From positions 1-58,644 of IMG/VR virus record IMGVR_UViG_3300006917_000003: a stretch of 58,644 nt of DNA, one strand, 5' to 3'. The notes under the pieces are model-generated. The model did no database searches and had not been told where the DNA came from. It saw nothing but the letters and a program-made list of their open reading frames with translations. Below, in pieces: positions 43,658 through 50,520 of this stretch; the first letter of the stretch is position 1, and the number at the start of each line of letters is the position of its first letter. Source of the DNA: a virus. Its lineage: Duplodnaviria > Caudoviricetes. The translations under genes were made by a program, and so were the position numbers.

Positions 43658-43789
43658 CTAGCGCCGCTTGCGCGACTTGACGTTCAGGCCCTTGTACACA
43701 GCGTAGGCCAGTCCAGCAAGGACTACCACGCCAGCCACGGTCAGGCCGACGTTGCGGGTGGAGATGTATCCGTTGGTCGAGTGCATCAT
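43658..43789 (-). CDS. Small membrane protein (43 aa, not in the ORF track)
   Basis: MMHSTNGYISTRNVGLTVAGVVVLAGLAYAVYKGLNVKSRKRR. Confidence 0.6.
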   Translation of the reverse strand: MMHSTNGYISTRNVGLTVAGVVVLAGLAYAVYKGLNVKSRKRR

Positions 43790-43791
43790 GG

Positions 43792-44226
43792 TCAGTCCTT
43801 CTTGCGGAAGATGAAGTACAGCACTGCTGCCCCGCCCAGCAGCAGCGCGATGGTGGGGATGCCCCCAGACGGCGGGGCAGCAGCGGGCACAGTGGCAGGC
43901 ACCAGCTTGTCGAGAGTGACCTTGGTGACTCCCAACTTGAAAGACTCTGCCAAGTCGCTGGCAAGGTCGTCGATCGATTGGAGGCCACCACCAATGGCCT
44001 GCACCTTGTCGTTGGCTTGCCCAGCAGAGAAGGCGAAGAGCAGCCCACCAGCGACCATCTGCTTGTCTGGGATCTTGAACACGCCCGATGGCGTGTAGAG
44101 CGTCATCAGATACGGCCCGTTGAGGCGCGGTGCCAAAGCCTTGAACAGGTCAACAGTCGTCACCGTCTGCTGGGCAGTCGGATCGACCACATAGGGCTTG
44201 CCTTCGATCACAATCGCTTCAGCCAC
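43792..44226 (-). CDS. Virion membrane protein
   Basis: C-terminal IALLLGGAAVLYFIF-RKKD; GGGGAG RBS. Confidence 0.72.
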   Translation of the reverse strand: MAEAIVIEGKPYVVDPTAQQTVTTVDLFKALAPRLNGPYLMTLYTPSGVFKIPDKQMVAGGLLFAFSAGQANDKVQAIGGGLQSIDDLASDLAESFKLGVTKVTLDKLVPATVPAAAPPSGGIPTIALLLGGAAVLYFIFRKKD

Positions 44227-44229
44227 GGC

Positions 44230-44871
44230 TTACTCCCCCTTCTGGTTCAAGAGCCACAGCAGCCCGCCTGCGATAGCCAGAGCAGCCAAACCGCCGCCGC
44301 CCTCTTCCTTCTTCGGTGGCGGGGGTGGAGGCGTGGCGGCGGGTGTCTTTGCTGGTGCCGCCGTGCCGATCGCATTGAACGTGGCGTCGGTCACCTGCTT
44401 GTCTTCACCCTTGGACAAGGGCAGAAGATCGACAGGGTCTTGCGGGCCAGCGAAGAGGCGCGAGAAGCGGTCGCTCTTGTTGGCTTGCGTGATCAGTACG
44501 CCGTCCGCGCCCTCGTAGAACATCCACTGGTTGGGCGCAGTCGGGGCAGACTCGATGATCCAGTTGCCGTTCTTGCCCGGGATCTTGACCACGTCAGCGG
44601 CCTTGTCGTACCCCAGCAGGTCAGCAGCCTGCTTGATCGAAAGCTCGCCCTCGTAGATGCGAACTGGCGTGCCCTTCTTGAGCGTCTTGGGCTGACCCAC
44701 GGCGTTGGTCAACAGGTCGCTGACGTACTGAACGTCCACGTCAACGGGCAGGTAGCCGTTTCGCCACTTGAGCTTGCCCGACTTGGTCGCAAACTGCGGC
44801 GCAGGCTCCACTGGGGCACCCGCCAAGAAGTGTTCGTCTTCGCTATCGTCTCCGATGCCAAACATGCTCAC
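44230..44871 (-). CDS. Virion membrane protein, paralog of 44868..45482
   Basis: GKLKWRNG / KKGTPVRIY.G shared with its neighbour; Pro linker, GGGG and TM. Confidence 0.75.
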   Translation of the reverse strand: MSMFGIGDDSEDEHFLAGAPVEPAPQFATKSGKLKWRNGYLPVDVDVQYVSDLLTNAVGQPKTLKKGTPVRIYEGELSIKQAADLLGYDKAADVVKIPGKNGNWIIESAPTAPNQWMFYEGADGVLITQANKSDRFSRLFAGPQDPVDLLPLSKGEDKQVTDATFNAIGTAAPAKTPAATPPPPPPKKEEGGGGLAALAIAGGLLWLLNQKGE

Positions 44872-45482
44872 TCCTTGCTGCCAAACAGCGCCAGCGCCCC
44901 GATGCCCAAGAGCGCCAAGAGGCCGACGCCACCGCCGCCCTTGTCGCCCTTGTCGCCGTCTTTCGTACCCGAACTCTTGCGCTTGGGCTTGCCAGCAGCA
45001 TCGAGCACCGGGAACCCTTGGGCGTCGACCTCGTAGACGGCGGGGTCGAACATGCCCTGCGCGTTGGCCGCGTTGTCGGTGGTGCCAGCCTTGTCGATCG
45101 GCAGCAAGTCCTTGGGGGCGAGCTTGGCCGACAGCATCCGCTTGCGGATGGTGGGCAGAGCCGCCGCGTAAGCAGGCGAGGACATGAGCGCCTGCGCCTC
45201 TGGGGTGTCAGGGTAGGCTGCCCAGTAGCCGCCGCCCGCAAGCTCGACCAAGTACTGGTCGTTGGTGGGGCTTTGGATCGTAGCTTGATCCGTCCACGGG
45301 ATGGTGCCCACATACACGCGCACGATGGTGCCCTTCTTGATCACCGTGTCCGGCTCCGCGCCGCCCCAGTTGGGCAGCGTCTTGGCGGGCGTATCTTCAG
45401 CCACGACGCCGTTCGACCAGCCGAACTTGCCGACGTTGAACTTGGTGCCTGTCGTCGCTTCGCCGTTGCCTGCCAGCATCAT
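44868..45482 (-). CDS. Virion membrane protein
   Basis: Start revised (MMLAG); GKFGWSNG / KKGTIVRVY.G; C-terminal TM. Confidence 0.75.
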   Translation of the reverse strand: MMLAGNGEATTGTKFNVGKFGWSNGVVAEDTPAKTLPNWGGAEPDTVIKKGTIVRVYVGTIPWTDQATIQSPTNDQYLVELAGGGYWAAYPDTPEAQALMSSPAYAAALPTIRKRMLSAKLAPKDLLPIDKAGTTDNAANAQGMFDPAVYEVDAQGFPVLDAAGKPKRKSSGTKDGDKGDKGGGGVGLLALLGIGALALFGSKE

Positions 45483-45808
45483 CACACACCCCGCTTGGCC
45501 AAGCACCACGCCTCGACGGCGGGGATCGGCCCTGAGAACTTGGCCACCTGCTCACCTTGCGCTGCCCAGCCGCCGCCTTCTTTGGCGAAGGTACGCACAG
45601 GCCGCACGGTGGTATAGTACCCCGCATCTCCCTTGCCCACCAGCCCCCAAAAGTTGTGACCGAGGGCGTAGCGCCCCCAGCCAGACTTGGCGGCTGCCTC
45701 TGCCAAGCACTGCTTGGGGTCGAGGCCGTAGCGCGGGCACACGGTGGCCGCAGCGGGCACCAGCGCCCGCAGGAACGCCTCCTGCTGCTGGCGGGTGGGC
45801 TGGTTCAC
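45482..45808 (-). CDS. GH73/FlgJ-like glucosaminidase domain, short and possibly inactive
   Basis: FL..L.PAA....YGL.P...LAEAAAKSGWG...NFWGL; Lys where the catalytic Glu of ESGWG is expected. Confidence 0.6.
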   Translation of the reverse strand: MNQPTRQQQEAFLRALVPAAATVCPRYGLDPKQCLAEAAAKSGWGRYALGHNFWGLVGKGDAGYYTTVRPVRTFAKEGGGWAAQGEQVAKFSGPIPAVEAWCLAKRGV

Positions 45809-46656
45809 TTGCTGCCCTTCTTGAGCAGGGCAGGCCCAAAGGTGACCGCAGCGTAGATGACCGCGCCCCACAAGAGGTACTTGGTCAGTTCGCCAAAGGT
45901 GCCGCTGAACGACTTGGCGATGTTCTCTTCTGCGTCCTTCTTGAAGATCGGGGCCTTGGTGGCCAGCTTGGCGCTACCGCGCTCCCGCAGCAGCTTGATC
46001 AGCCGCGCAGGCGCACCAGCCTTTACCAACGCCTTGAAGGCGTCGTCGTACTGGTTGCCGTAGGAGTGGTCGCCACAGCCTTGCGGAGGGTCGGCCTCCA
46101 GCACGGGGGCCGTCCACCACTTCTTGACCGACGAACCAAAGCCGAGGTCATCCTCAGACGGCGTGCCGTTGAGCCAGTGGTTGATCGTGCAACGCTCCCA
46201 GCCCTTGGGGTCGAGGTAGTAGTCCACCTCCACCATCGTGGCCAGAATCATGGGGCCGTCCAAGGCCATGGGCAAGTCAGTGCCTTGAGCGCGGCTTTGG
46301 CCTGCGTACTCAGGCGACTGCGCCTTGGCCCGCGCCTCTGCCCACTGCTGCTCCAGCACTTCGGCGCGGCCCTCTGGGGTCGTGCCCTCTGGGGGGTTTA
46401 CTGCACCAGCCTGCACGCCAGCCAGCGACCCGCTCAGGGGCACAGCCCGTGACACCAAAGGTGCCATGCTGGGCGTCTGCGCGGCTTCGCGCAGGTAGTA
46501 GGGCTGCTCGCCCACCGTGGGGTTCAGCGGGGCAAGACGGGGCAGGACGACGGCGCGGTTGGCGTAGGTCGAGTGCGGGGTGGTGTAGCTGCGGTAGTTG
46601 TACGGGTCGCCGCACTCGCAGCCGCTCAGGGCGTAGGGGTCGTCGTGCAGCATCAT
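45805..46656 (-). CDS. Virion membrane protein
   Basis: C-terminal YLLWGAVIYAAVTFG TM. Confidence 0.72.
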   Translation of the reverse strand: MMLHDDPYALSGCECGDPYNYRSYTTPHSTYANRAVVLPRLAPLNPTVGEQPYYLREAAQTPSMAPLVSRAVPLSGSLAGVQAGAVNPPEGTTPEGRAEVLEQQWAEARAKAQSPEYAGQSRAQGTDLPMALDGPMILATMVEVDYYLDPKGWERCTINHWLNGTPSEDDLGFGSSVKKWWTAPVLEADPPQGCGDHSYGNQYDDAFKALVKAGAPARLIKLLRERGSAKLATKAPIFKKDAEENIAKSFSGTFGELTKYLLWGAVIYAAVTFGPALLKKGSK

Positions 46657-46665
46657 GGTGGCACC

Positions 46666-47043
46666 TTACTTGCGGGAGCCAAAGTAGTAGCCCACCGCCA
46701 GACCTACCACGAACAGTGGGATCGAGATCGTCATCACCGACTTCTGGACGCTGCCCTTGACCGTCTCGATCGTCTCTTGGCCCTTGGGCGAGGCGACGAA
46801 CTTCTGGCCGGTCTTGCTCAGTACGTCGGAGAAGAACTCCGTGCGATCCGCACGCTCCTTCGATCCGGCAGGGCCACCTTGGATGGTCTTGTTGATCGCC
46901 TCTGCAAGGGCGTTGGCGATCGGGTCGCCGCCCAGCGGGTCACCCGGGCCAGCCAAGTTGCCCGCCATGTAGCCACGCGGGAAGTTGGTGCGCGGAGGGG
47001 CTTGGGCAGGCCCAAGGATCTCGACGTAGTCAGGCTGGATCAT
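46666..47043 (-). CDS. Virion membrane protein
   Basis: C-terminal ISIPLFVVGLAVGYYF-GSRK. Confidence 0.72.
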   Translation of the reverse strand: MIQPDYVEILGPAQAPPRTNFPRGYMAGNLAGPGDPLGGDPIANALAEAINKTIQGGPAGSKERADRTEFFSDVLSKTGQKFVASPKGQETIETVKGSVQKSVMTISIPLFVVGLAVGYYFGSRK

Positions 47044-47993
47044 CGCTTCTCCCCTTGCATGACGTAGCCGACGAACGCGGCAGGGTCAGTGATGTGCGGC
47101 ATGTGGCGGCGAACGTAGCGCATCTTCTTGCGGAAGGTGTCAGCGCCGGCCCTGTGCATGGTCTGGATCAGGTGTCGCTTACCCGCCTTGGTCAGGCCGG
47201 GGTTCTGCTTGGCCGACTCACGCTTCTTGCTGTACTCGTCAGCCGCCTGCTTGGCCTTCTCTGCCGCGTGCTTGGCACCCGCGCCGGCTGCGCGAGCCAG
47301 CGAGTGGACGCTCGCCCGCACCGTCTCCGACCGCCCATAAGCGTAAGCGCCGCCGGCCAAGAGCGCGGTGGTGAGCCACGTCGGGTTGCGCTTGGGGTTG
47401 CGACGATAGGGCGCTGACACCGACGTGTAGCCCAGCCGCTTGTTGGCCGACACCTTGTCGGCCCACTCCTTGGCACCCTCGTAGGTGGCAAACTTCAACT
47501 CGCCAGTGTAGTCGCCGGAAAGCCACCTAGTCGTCTTGCCAAGGTCTTGGACGTATGTGACCGCCCACGGGTAGATACGCTTCATCGCTTCATCGTATTC
47601 GTCGTAGTCGGGGTTGCGGTGCTTGGCATCGCGCTTCTCGACCAAGTGCGCCACCGGCAGGCCCACGGCCTCGCGGCGCTCGATCTCGCGCTCCAGCGAG
47701 CGGCCGGGGTTCTTGCGGGTCTTGAGGGCGTACACCTTGCGAACTCGGCTCTCGATCTCTGGCCAGCGCGAGGCAGCCACGCCCAAGTCGGCGGTCCGGC
47801 CAAGGTACACGCTATCGGTGGAGTCGCCCACCCTGCCGGGATGCGGCAGGAACACATACCAGCCGCGATCGTCGCCGTGCCGGCTGTCGTTGCCGATGTA
47901 GCCAAAGGTGATGCCGGGGAGTTCCTTGGACAGGTGCCCGATGGCGTCACTCAGCGAGGCGAGCGACGAGGGGTTGCGCTTGTACTTGGACAT
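47040..47993 (-). CDS. Basic multi-module protein with six NP motifs
   Basis: KRNP, RKNP, HRNP, RRNP, KRNP, KQNP; GAGGA RBS. Confidence 0.78.
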   Translation of the reverse strand: MSKYKRNPSSLASLSDAIGHLSKELPGITFGYIGNDSRHGDDRGWYVFLPHPGRVGDSTDSVYLGRTADLGVAASRWPEIESRVRKVYALKTRKNPGRSLEREIERREAVGLPVAHLVEKRDAKHRNPDYDEYDEAMKRIYPWAVTYVQDLGKTTRWLSGDYTGELKFATYEGAKEWADKVSANKRLGYTSVSAPYRRNPKRNPTWLTTALLAGGAYAYGRSETVRASVHSLARAAGAGAKHAAEKAKQAADEYSKKRESAKQNPGLTKAGKRHLIQTMHRAGADTFRKKMRYVRRHMPHITDPAAFVGYVMQGEKR

Positions 47994-48012
47994 GGTCTTC
48001 CTCGCTGTCGGC

Positions 48013-49623
48013 TCAGTAGTCGTTCGCCTCGTAGCTCATGTATCTGGGCTTGAATCCCGCCTTGAGCGCAGCGAGATACTCCTTGAGCGTCTTGCCGTGG
48101 GCCTTGGCTTCCAGTTGGAAGGCCACCAACCCGGGATCAGGAGGCGATGCAGTGATCCAATCTGGCTTGTCTGCTGGCTTCAAGGTGAAGCGGGTGGCGT
48201 CCTTGCCACCATAGGAGCCTCCCCGACCGACCTTGTCTGCCTTGGTGCGCGCCGTAAGCTCGTTGACCGGCTTGTCAAACTCCAGCCAATTATCATCCCA
48301 GCCAAGGTAATCGCTTACTTTCCAACTACTAGCCTTGCCAAGATCTCGTTTGGGCGGCACCTTGGCCTCTCCACCAAAGGAGAAGCCGTAAGCCAGCGGG
48401 GGGTTCTTGCGCTTGCGGGACTTGGTGTACCCAACGTGGGCGTGAAGGGGCAACTGCCAGCGGTGCTTGGCGAGCTTGACGGCGCAGGAGGTGACGGCAC
48501 GGGCCGGCGGCGGGGGAACGTGCCACCGCTTGCCGATCAGGATGGTGCCGCACTCGCTGACCGACCGCGACGGCTCGGCGTCGAACAGCGACTCCTGCCG
48601 CTTGGACGCCTTCTTCTTGCCGTTGCGCTGCAAGCCGCCCATGGCGCGGTGCCACGCGGGGGTCATTTCGCCGCTGGGGGCGACAAACGGGATCTGCACC
48701 GACGTGTCCCAGCCGTCTTTGCTGCTGAACTGGATGGTGTGGTCACCCACTTTCGTCACCGTGTACTTGCCGACCTTGGAGCCGACACGCAGCGGCTTGG
48801 TGTCCATGGCGTGTGCAAGCACAGCCTCTTGAAGCGTGGCGGGGTTGCGCTGGAAGCCCACCATGCTCGCGCTGGGGTTCTTGCTGGTGGCATAGTGCCG
48901 CTTCACCCACGCGGACACCGCTGCCTTGGCGGCGGCCTTCGTCGCGTGTTTGTGTGAGTCAACCGTCTCCCAAGGCGTCCAAACGCCAGACACCGCCTCG
49001 CAGCGATCAGCATGGTAGCTACCGCCCTCTCGGATGATGCGTGCCGCACCCAAGATCCCGCCTTTGCCGCGCTCGATGTAGGCGACCTCAATGCTCGCAG
49101 GAGCACCAGCCGGCGTGTGCCACTTCGTCAACTTGACGCTTGCGGGGTTGCGCTGGAAGCCCACCATGTGCGCGGTGGGGTTCTTGGCGATCCAGTTGCG
49201 CGGGGCCTCCTTGAGGACGGCCCGAATCACCACGTCGCCGGTCTTGCCGCCGGTTTCGCGCAGGTGGATCTTGTCGCCCGACCACCGTGCGATGCCGCTG
49301 CCGCCCATGTAGTTGCCGCTCAGGGTGTCGCCGTCGCTGGTCAGCAGCTTGCTGCTCGCCGCACGGTGCTCGGTGAACGCACGAATGACCGCCTTGTCGG
49401 TCTTGGTCAGGCTCGGGTTGCGCTGGAAGCCCACCATGCTCGCGCTGGGGTTCTGCGTCGTGTAGCGCATCGAGGCCATCGCCACGATCTTGCCGCTCTT
49501 GCCAGCCTCGGCCTTGGCCTCCTTGAGCGTCGTGCAGTAGCACTTGCGAGCGCCCGTGGGCGACAGGACGAGGAACTTGAACCCGTCGCGGGCGGCTTTC
49601 TTGTCGGCAGAAGTCAGGTGCAT
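48013..49623 (-). CDS. Multi-module protein with repeated NPxAxMVGFQRNP linkers
   Basis: Three linker copies plus RKNP separate unrelated segments; AAGGAG RBS. Confidence 0.8.
   Translation of the reverse strand: MHLTSADKKAARDGFKFLVLSPTGARKCYCTTLKEAKAEAGKSGKIVAMASMRYTTQNPSASMVGFQRNPSLTKTDKAVIRAFTEHRAASSKLLTSDGDTLSGNYMGGSGIARWSGDKIHLRETGGKTGDVVIRAVLKEAPRNWIAKNPTAHMVGFQRNPASVKLTKWHTPAGAPASIEVAYIERGKGGILGAARIIREGGSYHADRCEAVSGVWTPWETVDSHKHATKAAAKAAVSAWVKRHYATSKNPSASMVGFQRNPATLQEAVLAHAMDTKPLRVGSKVGKYTVTKVGDHTIQFSSKDGWDTSVQIPFVAPSGEMTPAWHRAMGGLQRNGKKKASKRQESLFDAEPSRSVSECGTILIGKRWHVPPPPARAVTSCAVKLAKHRWQLPLHAHVGYTKSRKRKNPPLAYGFSFGGEAKVPPKRDLGKASSWKVSDYLGWDDNWLEFDKPVNELTARTKADKVGRGGSYGGKDATRFTLKPADKPDWITASPPDPGLVAFQLEAKAHGKTLKEYLAALKAGFKPRYMSYEANDY
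48842..49452 (-). repeat. Three 38-bp direct repeats (48842-48879, 49145-49182, 49415-49452) encoding the linker
   Basis: gggttgcgctggaagcccaccatg(ct/tg)cgcg(c/g)tggggtt; the outer two copies are identical. Confidence 0.92.
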
Positions 49624-49679
49624 GGTCGTCTCCTTGAGCGTACTCTACAGCGGAAAGTTCAAGTGCGCCAGATGGGATC

Positions 49680-50066
49680 TCACTGGTGCAGGTGCTTGGG
49701 TCGAGGTGCGCGGCCCCGGTCGAGGTTCTGCACGTCGCGCTCGTCGTACAGGATGGGTTGGCCCAGCGCCTCAAACGCCAGCCGGTCGGCCCGCCGCTCC
49801 GCGCCACGGCGGTCAGAGTGCTCGTCGGCGGCGTGGCCAAGCTCATGCGCCAAGATGCCCGCCACGCGGCCTTCGGGCTGCTCTAGCAGCCGCTCGACAA
49901 CGTACACGGTGCGCTCGTCGGGGATGTACCAGCCAAAGTCGCGGTAGCCGCTGCGGGGCAGGTAGTGGCGATCCACCACCACCAGCCGCACGTCGCCCAC
50001 CGGGAACCGCTGTGCGAAGCGTTTCCGCAGGCGCAGGAACAGCCTGTGCGCCCCGGCCCGGGTCAT
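49680..50066 (-). CDS. Small zinc metallopeptidase-like protein (HExxH)
   Basis: ILAHELGH...AERRAD; start revised. Confidence 0.65.
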   Translation of the reverse strand: MTRAGAHRLFLRLRKRFAQRFPVGDVRLVVVDRHYLPRSGYRDFGWYIPDERTVYVVERLLEQPEGRVAGILAHELGHAADEHSDRRGAERRADRLAFEALGQPILYDERDVQNLDRGRAPRPKHLHQ

Positions 50067-50068
50067 GG

Positions 50069-50512
50069 TCAGTCCCGCAGAGCGAAGAACGCGGCAGCGG
50101 CGATGCCCACAGGCAACAGCCAGCCCATGCCGCCCTTGTCCTTGCCAGCGACGTAGTTGTCCAGCGCCTTCTTGACCGCATCGCGGAACGCCGTGGCGCT
50201 CTCGACCGTCCAAGCCGCGCCCATGGCAGTGGCCTTCTGGGTGTCGTAGTCGGCCTGCTTCAGCGCACCCGCAGTGATCAGCGTGGCAGCGTAGCCGTCA
50301 GCTTCCGCGATGATAGCGGGGATCGGATCGTAGAAGGTGGGCTTGATCCCAAACTTCACTTGCGCTTCTGACTGCGAGACGGTCTGCTTCTCGGGGGTCT
50401 TGAACTCGATCTCCTTCTGGATCTCAAGGGCCGACTTCTCGCTCGTCTTCTTCGGAGGAGCGCCCGCCAAAGCGTGGCTGTAGGAACCGTAGTTGTCACC
50501 TTCAAGCATCAT
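50069..50512 (-). CDS. Virion membrane protein
   Basis: Start MMLEG; C-terminal WLLPVGIAAAAFFAL. Confidence 0.72.
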   Translation of the reverse strand: MMLEGDNYGSYSHALAGAPPKKTSEKSALEIQKEIEFKTPEKQTVSQSEAQVKFGIKPTFYDPIPAIIAEADGYAATLITAGALKQADYDTQKATAMGAAWTVESATAFRDAVKKALDNYVAGKDKGGMGWLLPVGIAAAAFFALRD

Positions 50513-50520
50513 TGGGAACC

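Noticed and set aside
48842-49452. Diversity-generating retroelement TR/VR pair
   Set aside because: No reverse transcriptase gene; the repeats are short and differences are not adenine-specific.
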